64,000 bases of DNA from Podarcis cretensis (Eukaryota): NCBI GenBank assembly GCA_951804945.1, contig OX638153.1, positions 50,964,001 through 51,028,000 of the forward strand, given 5' to 3'. Positions 39,070 to 51,059 of this stretch are shown one piece after another. Every line of letters begins with the position of its first letter. Positions within the stretch are counted from its first letter, which is position 1. The notes below the pieces were generated by a model. The model was not told the DNA's origin. It saw only the letters and a list, made by a program, of their open reading frames with translations, and did not search any database. Both the position numbers and the translations under genes were made by a program.

Positions 39070-40255
39070 TTAGCAAAACCTCTCTACTTCCCAGGGGGCG
39101 GAGTTGCAGGCTGGCCACGAGCTCTCCCTGTGTACATCACGGGGGGGCGTGACGATGCCTTCCGCGTCATTGGGATTCCCGGCCTCATCACACCCCACAG
39201 CCAACCAATCGGGTGACTGGGGGTGTGGCTTACCTGATTTAAACCCCGTGCAGCCAGGGCTCTGTCTCCTTTCTCCTCCTGCGTTGGATCTCCCACCCTC
39301 CCGCTCTATTTTCATGTGTTCACCATCTTGGCCTTGCTATGGACTACAGTTGGTCCCCTGCTGAGGGGGCCAGGTAGGAATTTTCCCACTTGGCAAACTG
39401 GCACCAGTCATGTGGTTTTCACCTGCCTTGTAGCAATCGTCACAACTTTTAAGGTTTGGCAGTTAGGCATTGGTAAACCTGTTTTATGGGAAGGGAGGCT
39501 GTGGCCTTCACCTGTCCCTCCTCTTTAAGGGTATTCCGTTAAAGGGATCCTGGGGTGTGGATCCTGTCCAAAGCCAGGGTATGGGCTAGGGCCATGCCAC
39601 GACCTCACTGGGGACCCTGGGGAAGCTCGCAGTTGATGTACATCAACAGGGCCCCCCCTACTGGTGGTTGACCCTTGTTGACACCTGCATGACGGGTAGG
39701 AGTCAGATATAGTCTGTTCATTTCCGATGCCTAAGCCAGGGGTGGCCAACTCCAGAGGGACTGAGATTTACTTACTGGCAGTGATCTACTCTCCTTTTTT
39801 GTGTTCAGGTCAAAGTTGTTGAGCTTTTTAAGGGGTGGGAACTCCCCCGTTTTATGCCCATTTTGGGGGGTTACATGGGGGGGTACTTTTAAGGGGGAGG
39901 GGGTTAATTACCAAAAAGACAGTGCTGTGGGAGCATTTTGCCTGACAGCAAAAACTCTGTCTTCCGTTACAGAGATCAGGAGAAAATCCAGGCAGGGGAG
40001 AGGGGGCCAGGCCAGGTGCTCTTAGGCAAAAGCAAAGGAAAATGAGTCTGCGATCAACAGCGATTGACTGCAACCTCCTGGGGATCGACCAGTTGATCCC
40101 GATTGACCTGTTGGACATCCCTGGCCTAAGCCAATACCACTCACATCTGTAACCAATAAAGTTGTGGCCTTATTTATCCCATTAACCCAAAATTTTGGTG
40201 TCCATGTGTTTCATTATCTAAGAAAGGGGGTGGGGCTCAGGACCTTGCCATGAAA
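39070..40255 (+). mobile_element. Retroelement terminal-repeat-like sequence (LTR or Ngaro/DIRS-type)
   Basis: CpG-rich block with GC box, CCAAT, TTTAAA and then AATAAA (~40155) in promoter-to-polyA order. No TG..CA ends or TSD found; boundaries are approximate. Confidence 0.5.
39737..40123. mobile_element. hAT-Charlie-type MITE nested in an LTR-like repeat
   Basis: TIR CAGGGGTGGCCAAC / GTTGGACATCCCTG and perfect 8-bp TSD GCCTAAGC. Confidence 0.9.
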
Positions 40256-41269
40256 TTCCAATTTGAGAGCCAATTTGTCAATTCAGGAGATAATGGATCT
40301 TACTCAGAACTGCAAGCATGGCTCTGTCAAATGCTAATAAATATTTGAAAATACTAATCACCACCTCTGTTTCATATTATACATTCAATTCAGCTGAATT
40401 CATTCCTAATAGCCACATGTGGAAATGGGCTTCTGCTTACTTGTTGAAGCTGGAAGTGAAGGTGTAAATCAAGATGCCTATACACATGCAGCTGATGGTT
40501 GCCCATGCATGCTGCATTACTTTCAATCACATGTGCATTGAGATGTACATCTGAATGTGCATTCCCATCGTTGTGCAACTAGTCATGCATAATCACATGT
40601 GACTAGAACTGTACCAGGGCATTAATATTTTATCAATGTTAAGCTCATTTGAGCGTTATAGCCGTTATAACACATGACAAGAATCTTCATATAAGCATGA
40701 CAGATCAGTTGACTACTGTATTAGCTTCAGGGGGAAGGGCAGTCATTTTAAAGTAAAAGCACACTAAGATCTGGAAGATAATAGTATCTTCCTTAAAACC
40801 ATCAGTAAAGCTTCTTCCACAAATATTTGGACATAGCTAAAATAACATTTCTACAGGTACATGGTTTCACTGAGGCATATGCCAGTTTCTAGTTTCAACT
40901 TCTTTAAAAGGTTTTTAAAGGCCAGTAATTTTCAATGTTCTAATATGACTCCATAAATTATAGAGGAAATCACCATGTAATCAAATAAAAGTCAAGGATA
41001 GATAACTATATAGGTTTTCAATTTCCTATGGCTCTGTGCTGGAGATGTACATTTGAAATCAAGCTGATTTCAGATGTATCTGGTGAAACTCAGGGATACT
41101 GGCAATACTGGGGAAATGTAGTAAACAGAATAAAACAAATTACTGGGATAAAGTACCAACAGAGTCTTCTGTTCTTAGGTAAGCTTGATAGTGTGCACGC
41201 AGTTTAATGTTGCTAAACAGTATTATAGCACATTTGCTGGCAGCTCAAAACTGGAGGGAGGGGGAAATC

Positions 41270-42480
41270 GGAATGGAAAAGTAATAAAGCTGGTGCTGGC
41301 TTTTGATACAGGAGTTTGCTATCTGCCTGCTGAATTGGGAGTGCCAGTAGCAGAAGAAAAGACAGAGGTCCCTGCTTGGTGATTACCTTACTAGGTATTG
41401 AATTGGATTCCCTTCACCAGTACTACCACCTGTCTTCCTGCTGGCAAAGCTTAGGCTTGGGGCCATTTCTGTGGGAAGGATACATCAGTTAATGCTTCAG
41501 AACCTGCAGAAATCAGTGGCCACCTTAACTCTGCCTGTCAAGCTATAGCTCTTGGTCAAGCCCTCTTGCATAGATTTTGTGATGCAATGGAGGACCTCAG
41601 TTAACCTCACAAGAGAATCCAGGTTTCCATGGGCATGAAGCTAGACTTGTCTGTCTGATAAAATAAAATAAAAAGGTACAAGCACAATAGTATTTCCTTT
41701 TGGAGACAAGATTTGTTGCTGGAAAAGGAACTCCGTTGCAGTTGGGTCACCTGGCTTTGAGGTTATTTTCCAGGACAACTTGTGTTCTGCTATATTGTCC
41801 TAGAACTGGGTTGATAAAGGTTCAAGTAGGTTCAAGTTGGGACCTTTGTGCTCTGTTGTCTCCTTTTCAGTTTGATCTATCTTGCTCACTATGTTTTAGA
41901 ACTCAGCATGGCACTGCCAATGTGCTGTCACAGAACCAGATGACACATTTTCAGGAGTGTACCCTGAAAATGGCCTGGAAGGAACTAGAGTTTATGCCAG
42001 TAGAGCTATGAAATCTTGGAAGACTGAGGCAGACAGTGTCATAAAGTTGCCACTGGAACAAACTATTGCAGAACAGGTATGGAGTTCAGTGTTTTTCAGA
42101 TCCTAAAAGGGTTTTTGCAGGAGTGGCCAGTTCCAGTGGAGCAGCTAATGGGAGTTCTGTGTGGCTCTCACACCATGAAAGGTTTGGTGCCAAGGTGCAA
42201 GGCACAGACATGGGCGTAGCCAAAGGGGGGTGGGGGGCAACTGCCCCCATAAATAAATAAAAATACTTAACTAAGGTTCTCCCTCCCCCTACAAAAGTCT
42301 GCCCCTCCCCCAACAAAAATCTTGGCTATGCCCATGGGTGCAGGCATGCTTTTTAACTCTAAGCAGGTGTTGCATCCTTCGCAGTTATCCAACTTGGGTG
42401 ATAAAAATTGTGCTTGATTAATGGCAAGGCACTTATTTACAGGCCTGTATTGACTCTGGTATTGTGGGGCGACAGTGGCC
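41270..42480 (+). mobile_element. Degenerate Ngaro (DIRS-order) retrotransposon: RT, RNase H and tyrosine-recombinase remnants
   Basis: Broken-frame motifs in order: LGVPVAEEKTE.P, LGIELDS, GHLNSACQAIALGQALLHRFCDAM, ANVLSQ (ADALSR-like), AGV...IQLG** (LGRW-like) and W-IVGDS. Confidence 0.75.
42209..42336. mobile_element. hAT Tip100-like MITE nested in the Ngaro remnant
   Basis: TIR CATGGGCGTAGCCAA / TTGGCTATGCCCATG. The flanks GGCACAGA/GGTGCAGG fit a CpG-decayed 8-bp TSD. A related copy lies at ~13537-13672. Confidence 0.8.
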
Positions 42481-43116
42481 AGGGGTACTCACTGAGTCTA
42501 ATAGCTTGCTTTAGTTTCCATTATACCTATGTGCGTCCATGTTTCTATCACCTTCTCACTTGATGCTTTTAATACCGGTAAGTAGGCTGTTACCATTTTA
42601 TTGCATTGGTTTTCATGTTGCTATAATGAGTATTCTTCAAGAATTTGTAATTTTAACTTGTCTCCCATTATTCTTGTACATTTCCTAGTACTTGGAACTG
42701 CAGTGGCCTCAGGGCAAGCTGATAATAGCAGACAGAATGAGGTCCTTAGGCATGTTAGAGAAAACATGAACTAAAAATTGCTGCTGCCAGATAGAAAATA
42801 GCTTATACTAAACCGATGGGAAAGGGAACCTTTTGCTTTCCACTTCTAAGCAAGTTTCACATGGAGAGATCATGGAGGAGATTTCACCCACCCTAAACAC
42901 AGCTTATATTGTTCTGCTTTTTCTTGCTTCACACACGGAGAACCACTGATCTAAGCAACAGCAGCAAAAGTAGGGAACAACAATATTATTTAGTTAATAT
43001 CAGAAAATCTTGATAGTTCATCAGACGCAGTAAAGACACCTGCATATAATATATATAGTATGTTTGCTATGTCCATGTTCTTCAAAATCCCTTTAAAGCC
43101 TTTCTTTTATCATGCG

Positions 43117-43149
<33 letters not shown>

Positions 43150-43172
43150 CACACACACACACACACACACAC

Positions 43173-43362
43173 GTGTAGCTGTGTTAGTCCATAAGAGTAA
43201 ACTTCATAATCCACAGATGGGCAATATCTTTATTGTAACCAGTCAAAATGCCACAAACTCCTTTTTTATGTCACAGTTTGCCTAAGAAAGAGTTCTTGGG
43301 AATTCAAAAACTTGTACATAATACTTTTGTGACATCTTGGTTTGTGCCAATAAAGGTACTGC
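43173..43362. mobile_element. Penelope-like element terminal fragments in inverted arrangement
   Basis: GTAGCTGTGTTAGTC start and inverted ATCTTTATTG..AACC..AAAATGCCACAA / TTGTGACATCTTGGTT..CAATAAAGGT, plus a decayed hammerhead-like core. Confidence 0.5.
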
Positions 43363-44109
43363 CCAATGGAGGGTTCTCTCCCTGCAATTTGTGTGCTATG
43401 CTAATGCTAATTCTGTTTTGGAAAGGTTAATTTCATTTGACCTTTGGCTGTGAAAAAACAAGAGGCTGGAAGCCTAATAGTTTAATAGAGATATGCTTAT
43501 TTTTATGGTAAAAAATTAAGTTGACCCCCAGTTGTTTCTTCCTCATCCTTTATCCATCCCTGAACAGCATTTAAAGAATAATCTTACAATCTTAACAAAT
43601 TCCCTATAGAGGAAATGCTATGTTACCATGGAATCAGTCAATTAACTTTGACACATGCTTACCAAGATTGATCAATCATTTCTGATGTCTGCCTGCTAAG
43701 TTATTGTTTTTCAGGAATGGAGAGGAAATCTCACATGAGATTAACACCCAAATTGCCTAAACTGATACTGCCCTGGTGTCAATACCAGCAGCATTTGCTA
43801 ATGCCAATCACTCATTACACAATGAGTTAAGCTTGCTGCATATCCTCTTGGTTCACTTCATATAAGATAGGAATCAAGAAAGAACAAGAGTCTTATTGTA
43901 CTGAATTCTTTTACAGATCATACAAGAAACACAAACCTTTACAAATTAAATTAATATATTTTTAACATCATTGAAAATTAACACATTAACACTTCAAAAC
44001 AATGTATTTAAGTTAGGGCTCTTTTATATAAATAATACGATTAAGCCTTTTAAACACACACAAACAAAGGATGTTTTAGAAAGAAAACTGAATGCAATGC
44101 TAATATATT

Positions 44110-44481
44110 AAAGGTAAAGGTAAAGGTACCCCTGCCCGTACGGGCCAGTCTTGACAGACTCTGGGGTTGTGCGCCCATCTCACTTAAGAGGCCAGGGGCC
44201 AGTGCTGTCCGGAGACACTTCCGGGTCACGTGGCCAGCGTGACAAAGCTGCTCTGGCCAGAGCCAGAGCCAGAGCCGCACACGGAAACGCCGTTTACCTT
44301 CACGCTGGTAAGCGGTCCCTATTTATCTACTTGCACCTGGAGGTGCTTTCGAACTGCTAGGTTGGCAGGCGCTGGGACCGAGCAGCGGGAGCGCACCCCG
44401 CCGCAGGGATTCGAACCGCCGACCTTTCGATCGGCAAGCCCTAGGCGCTGAGGCTTTAACCCACAGCGCCACCTGCGTCCC
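44110..44481 (-). mobile_element. Sauria SINE (young subfamily)
   Basis: Full-length reverse copy with TSD AATATATTAAA. Confidence 0.95.
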
Positions 44482-44646
44482 AATATATTAAAAGCAACAG
44501 CCTTAATTTATAACAACTTATATCAAGCCATATGATCCAATCTGGGAAATACCTGAAGTACAAAAATTAAACCATGTTTCAAATTTGGCTTTTTCTCTGT
44601 CATATTTTAAATTAACCAACCCCGGCAATGGGAGCTGAGTTTAGGG

Positions 44647-45097
44647 CAGGGGTAAGCAAACTTTTTCAGCAGAGGGCCAGTCTACTGTCCCTCAGACCTT
44701 GTGGGAGCCGGACTATATTTGGAGGCGGAGGGAAATGAGGCAAGAGCACCACGAGCCCTGGTGGCTGCTTACCTGTGTCTTGCAAGCGGCTGGGGCTGGT
44801 GACGGCGGGACGATGAGCAGTGCACAAAAGGGCTCCGGAGAGGGGCTGCTTAAAATGGCGGCTGCTCGAGCGCTGCTGCAGCTGACCCCAACAAAGCCCT
44901 GCCCCCTTCCTCCTCTAGGCAGGGCAGGGAGAAGCCAGGAGGGAGGGAGGAGGCGCTGCCGCCACCATGTGAGGGAGGGAGAGGGAAAGAACGCATGCGC
45001 TGGCGATCCACATGGCAATCCCCGGACCGTCCGCGGGACGGATCCAGAATGCAATTGGGCCTGATCTGGCCCACGGGCCTTAGTTTGCCTACCCATG
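44647..45097. mobile_element. hAT-Charlie-type MITE, same termini as the 29026 element but a different GC-rich interior
   Basis: CAGGGGTAAGCAAACT...AGTTTGCCTACCCATG with TSD GTTTAGGG/GTTTAGAG. Confidence 0.88.
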
Positions 45098-47652
45098 GTT
45101 TAGAGTGTAAGAACTGTGCCTTATATAGTTTATAATATATCTGATAATATATCTGTTTGGGATTCTTGTGTGCTACTGGGCCTACTTCAAAGTATAAGAA
45201 ATGGTTTATACAGCCCTCAATGCATCAGGACCCAAATATACAGTATGTATGAGTGCCTTCTCCATTACCAGCCAACTAAGTTTAAGACTGGCAAGGGAGA
45301 GCTCTACCCACAGTCCCAGTAGTGGACCTACATTTTTGGGAGCCTGAAGCTTGAACCGCCATGTAGGCCCCTTCACAACCAGCAACTAGGTCTGTTATCT
45401 TCTTCACCAGGGTTGTTCCATGACAGATCAACACACTTTTACAAACTACTGAGCTACTGACTCACAAACCTGGAATTGTTGAAATACAGTATATACATTT
45501 TAAAAAATCAATCTGAGTCATGTGATTTAAACTGGGTCTAACAGACACAACATTTTAAAGCAATGCGGACTAAAGTCGCTTATGGGGTCCGTCTGGGATT
45601 AGGGGCTCTGAAGCTTAAGATTCATTAGTTTCATTTTTGTAGAATAACCATGGAGTATTTAATCCTCAGTAACTACATTTGAAACAGTGCTTTAAGGTGT
45701 TGTAAATATCTATTTTTAAGATTATGGTTTTACTGTTTATGCAGTTATGCTTATATGTTTGTTGTACATTGCCCTGAGCCCCTTTAGAGGAAAGTCAATT
45801 GATAAATATTTTAAATAAATTGAACTTCAAGTCTTGTGAGATACTTTATCAGGTATGTGGTTTGTTCTGCTATGCTTCAGATACAGAAACAGATGTATCT
45901 TATATCAAAAAAATACTTCAATACTACAGTAAAGATGCATTATAACCCTTCTTTTTCAGATTAACTTTACAGCATTTACAGAATCCCAAACCTATTTTTC
46001 ATTTATAGAACAATAATGACATCAATAACACGTTCAAAGTCATTCAACACAGAGATAAAACAAAAACTTGCAAGTTTATTTTTATACTTTACCAGAAGTC
46101 CTCAAGTTTTCTTCATTAAAACACTCTTCTGCTAATGGAGAATTATACCTTGAACATTCAGCTAACTATTCCCAACGCTAACTTGGAAAAAGCATTACAA
46201 TATTCTACAAGCAAGCTTTAGGTAATGTTCCCTCTGTCAGTTTCACTTTCCTCATGCAAATATTGTGTGTGACAAAGAATAAATCCTTTAATACTAAACA
46301 ACCAAGAAAATCCCCCTATTATAGTATCATTACTGGAGGTACTGATTTTTGTAGACATTAGCTAAGGGAGACATTATCATCTGGAAATTTTACTTGTCTT
46401 ATATTATCAGAGACTTAGACTAAGGTATAAAACAGAATGCAGTTGACACTCAGATAAAATTAACTGTTTTGAAGGAATCACATTCTAATCCCTAAATGCA
46501 GACTTTCTGAGTGGAACTACATAGTAAGAAAAACTTATTTTGTGGATTGTTACAAGACAAACAAAAACTTGGTCATCAAAATATGAACTTGCTTAAGTAA
46601 CCACTTTCACTCTTACAAATACTCCATTAAAGTTGATGCCCCCCCCATTTTCTGCAGAATGTTTCTTTCTCAAGCAAGCAAGTAGCTCACCACGTACATC
46701 AATAAAAATGAGCATGAGCAAAAAACTGTACTCCTGTAAAATATGGATTCTAGCCAGCTCTTATCAGATGAGCTGTTTTAATGTCTGGTTTTCCCAGCTG
46801 CCCAGAAATTGTGTGTGTAAATACACACATGTTACCTTATTTTAACACCTAGCTGTTAAAATTATCTTAAATTATAAATCTCAATTAAGTGCACAAAGGT
46901 AAATATTGATTCCCACTTTTACACACTGCACAAAAAGAAAGCATGCAGAAGCAAATGAACCTGCACAATGTAACTGCTCAGATCAGTAACTGCTCAGATC
47001 AGTAGCAGAAGTGGGATGAAATCCTTGCATTACTAACCTTTACTCCATAACTCTAGCCACAAAACTGCACAGGTTCCTCTTTTTAAGCATGTTTCATGTA
47101 AATGAACAAGCTACTACAACTTATATCCACAGCACACAGTCCTTAGTTTGCACCACACATCCAAACCACTATTTTCAATCCTCTTTTGCTGTCTATGACT
47201 CACTCATTCAGCTTTAACAGACTAGGTTTCTTAAATTACTGGGGATTACTATAACCTTCAGAGAAAGCTGGCTAGTTTGATAATGAGTGAAACGCATTTA
47301 AACAGGGTTAGGTGTAGATTAATATATTACACCTTTGTCAGAGAACTTGGATGAACAGTATTGGGGGAGTGGAACATTAAATGGAATAAAAACCTTTGCT
47401 TTGAAGGAAAGACCTTAAGAATTAACTTTTTCTCTCTTTTTTCAGGGAGATAGAATTATCGCTCTCATGATCATATCAAAGGGAAAGTCCCTATCAGATT
47501 CCTCCTTGTCTTCTCATTAAAAGCAAGCACACGATGATCTAGGGATTAGTTTTTGTACTTCTGCAAAGACACTTTGGGTATAAAACATAACAGCAAGAAA
47601 AGGAAAAAGGGGGTGGGGGGAAAGAGTATGATCAGAAGATGGTGAAACTTAC

Positions 47653-47939
47653 TTGAACCTGCCTTGGCAGTGCTGGCACTGGTCTCCTACCCAGCCTTGG
47701 TCACAGATGCAGGTAGAATTCAGACACCGGCCCGAGAAGCAGGAGGTCCTCTCGCAAGGCTTGGACTGGGAGACTTGGGCATACAGCACCAGGTACAGTA
47801 ATCCATAGAAAAGCAGCCAATTGTGCATATCCAGAAGGGTGGCGAAGCAGCAGGAGGAGCAAGAAAAAGGTCTCCAGGCACCAGAGATCACAGGAGGGCC
47901 TCCTATCCTGCGCAGGACTTTACCCAAAGGATCCAGCAT
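47653..47939 (-). CDS. ATRNL1: Attractin-like protein 1, first coding exon (signal-peptide region plus first EGF-like domain)
   Basis: Translation ...WLLFYGLLYLVLYAQVSQSKPCERTSCFSGRCLNSTCICDQGWVGDQCQHCQGRFK matches the ATRNL1 N-terminus as I recall it (LYAQVSQSKPCERTGSCFSGRCVNSTCLCDPGWVGDQCQHCQGRFK). The exon ends TTCAA|GTAAGT (phase 2 donor at 47652). The ATG at 47939 has A at -3; another in-frame ATG lies at 47957. Confidence 0.93.
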
Positions 47940-48490
47940 CTTTGCCACAGAGCACATCCGCAAGAGCCGGGACCCGGTGCGCGGAGGGGGGCGGGCGGGC
48001 CGGGAAGCGAGATTAACCCAGTTCCTTGTGCAGGTCTGACGAGGAGGAAAACAAGCCCCGCCGCTCCAGGAACATCACCCAGGTCAGGGAGAGAGCGAGT
48101 TGAACGCAGAGATGAGGAGGAGCAGAGACTGCGCGCCCCCGCCTCAAAAAAGAAGCAGCACAAAACAAGAGGCCGATGGGGAAAATGTGTCCTGAAGAGA
48201 ACTGGTTAATTCGGTCTATAGTGCGAAATAAGGGAAACCGCCAAGCCCTGCTTTCCCCTCCGTCTGTCCGCAGGCTCCTCACAACACCTCCCGTTTATCC
48301 CTCAGGTGAAACGACGCCACCAGCAGCAGCAGCAACAGCCTTCCCGCCTCTTCTTCCTCGTCGTCCTCAGGGCTCATTGCCTCCGTCTTCCATGGACTCC
48401 TTCCTGACCTTGTCGCTTCCCCTCACGACATGCCCCCGTTCAACCCACCCAGGGTAACGCTGCTGCTGCTCCTCCACCGCCGGCCGCCCC

Positions 48491-48552
<62 letters not shown>

Positions 48553-49560
48553 CCTCTCTCCGCACCCCCCTTTCTCAGTCTCCTTTGTAGCTCGCCCTCT
48601 TTAAGCAGCAACAGCCGGGCAAGGACGGCGGTGGAAGGGATGCTTCTTCCTCCCACAGGCGGGCGGCCGGCTGAGAGAAGCGCCCTCAGGATCCCCTCAG
48701 AGCCTCCCGCCCCAAGTGGGCCCCGAGTTCCTCGCCCGCCCGCCCGTCCGTCCCCGCCGAGATGGGGCGAGGGGCGCGCGCTTGCTTAGTTAAAAGCCCT
48801 CTCCTCCTGTCCCAGCTGACAGTTTGGAAGCAGCCATTTTTAAAAGGCTAATTGGTAATCTGCTTTTTTCCGAGGCGGGCGGCTCGCTGGGGCTGAATCC
48901 CTCCTCTTCCTCCCCCCCCCCCTTCCCGCTCCGCCGGGTCTGTGCAGAGCCGTCCCTCTCTCTCTGGACTGCCAGGCCCCTCCTCAGCCAGCGCGGGAGA
49001 AAGCAGGAATTCCCCGCGGCTCCGTCCCCGCCGCCTCAGGCCACTCGTTGCTGAAGCAACTGCGCCGAGAAAGGGTTTGGGGGGCTCCGAGCCCCGCTCC
49101 CAGCTGGAAGTGAAGGGAAAGAGGAGGTGCAGAGGCTTCTGCTGGCGGCAGGTTCCCTCCCTCTCCCCCCCCCCGCCCTCTCCGAAAGTTCCTGTCCCAG
49201 CCGCCCCAGAAGGAAGCCTCAGGAAGGGCAGGAGCGTCACCCCGCCGCTTTTTTGGAGGCAGCAGAAAGGATTGCAACGCCGTGTGTATCTGTTTCCCCT
49301 CCTGCTGCTGCTGCTGCTGCTTCAGCCTCCCCTACAGCTTTGCAGGGGAGTCGTGCCGAGAAACTACCACACAAAGAAGAGCTGAGCATGTGCAGCAGCG
49401 AAGCCCCCTTAAAGGCGCAGCGCATTGCTCCATTGCATCACTTTGGAGCGTGACACGAGAGAGAGGGAGAGAGAAACCGCTACTTGGTCGGGAGGGGGGC
49501 GGGAGCCGCCGCCGCCGCCGCCGCCGCTTTTCCACATGGAAGATCGGAAGAGCGTGTCAT
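47860..49560 (-). promoter_or_regulatory. CpG island / promoter and 5' UTR region of ATRNL1
   Basis: Abrupt GC- and CpG-rich block in a CpG-poor window, directly upstream of the first coding exon. It contains GC boxes, (GCC)n at ~49504-49527 and a YY1-like GCAGCCATTTT at 48830-48840. Confidence 0.85.
48494..48549. repeat. (AT)28 microsatellite inside the CpG island
   Basis: Directly visible. Confidence 0.95.
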
Positions 49561-51059
49561 CTTTTCCAACAAGGGAGAAAACAAGTTCCTGAACTTCTCA
49601 TACGCAGGCACACAAAGGGGGTGGGGGTGGGGAGAGGCAAGGCTGGGAGCTTTCTCAGAAATATTTTGCCAGCGCAGTAACTCAGGGTAATAAAATTAAA
49701 ACAAAAACAGGATGAGAAACAGCAGCACAAGGATGATTATTATTATTATTAGTCTGGTTGACTTGAGTGTACTTTGCATTTACTCCCCCCCCCCCCGGTA
49801 CTGCTCCCAATGGGAGCCTTCAACAGCTGCATTCAATGGGTGCAGTTTGCACACGTCATTGCTATATCTTCATGTCAGGGTAGGCTTCAACTTTTGAATG
49901 TCTACCTGCTGTGAAGATGCTACGTGAAGGAACAGTAGCCGCTCCACAAAAGGACAGTTCTAGGATCTCTCGCAATTCTTTTTCTGAAGAAAACCACCAG
50001 AGTACTTTCAAGAGCTACACACACTTTTAAAACTACACTCTCAGAAGTTACAAACATTTACTCTAAACAAAGGATGTAAGCATTTATTTGTTGACTGAGC
50101 ACTTTTTAAATACTGTTCTAAAATGTGTTATTTTCTACTGACTTCTTTTGACATTTCAACAATCTGCATATCAGCAGGCAGATTTTGCTCGGATTTCCTG
50201 GTCAAATGTAATCCATATTAAATCTTGTGTATGCTTACCTGAGAATGGGACCTGAATCAGATAATGAATTCATTATAGGTGATTTTAAATTGCTAAAGAG
50301 TAACAAGTTTATAAGTTAATACTGGCTTGCGTTTCCCTGGGCTGTGATCATCTTTCATGAAATAACTGACAACTGTCCTCTTGGATTAAAAAAACCCCAA
50401 GAATGCACCTTCTTAGCGCTGTACACATGCTAGGGTGCCTGCCCACCCTACACTGAGTAAGGAGAAGACCTTTTACAAGTGTGCTCAGAAAATGCAGAGG
50501 TAGCATGTAAATGAATGGAGACTGCAAACTCTGCTTCTCTTTCCAAGAGTGAACTGTTTTGATGTGAGAAGGGCAAATATCAATTTTAAGAGTGGTATTT
50601 CTGGACAGGAGTAATCAGCCACTTGCACCAGAGTAGCCTGCATTCGGATTGTTGGTTTGAGGGGGGAAATGGTTCAGATGGATGGGAGGGAGTATGTGTC
50701 TTTCTCATGCTATTAATCAGGAATCTTTGTTAAATGGCTGCAGAATGCCAATTCATAATGGGGCCACCAACAAACAAGAAGTTTCGGCAAACTGGGGAAA
50801 CCCCAAGGTATGCAGAAGTATGTTACCTCAAAAATTACCTCAGAAAGAGGCAAGCCCCTGCCCTTCAAACCCAGTTAGACTTACCTCTGAGTGGACTTGC
50901 GTAGGACTGGAAATGTTAATCTGTGGTAGCCATGGTGAAAATGAAGCAGAACTGTATTCTAGATTAGTTAATTGAGAACACTTGCGTCTGGCTCCACCAG
51001 CAACCTCTGGCCCTCAGCAGAATTCTCTCTGAGAGAATGCAGCCCTCGAAAGAAAGAAA

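Noticed and set aside
47821-49690. Many overlapping 60-150 aa ORFs in the CpG island
   Set aside because: They are expected from GC richness and simple repeats. None resembles a known protein except the ATRNL1 exon.
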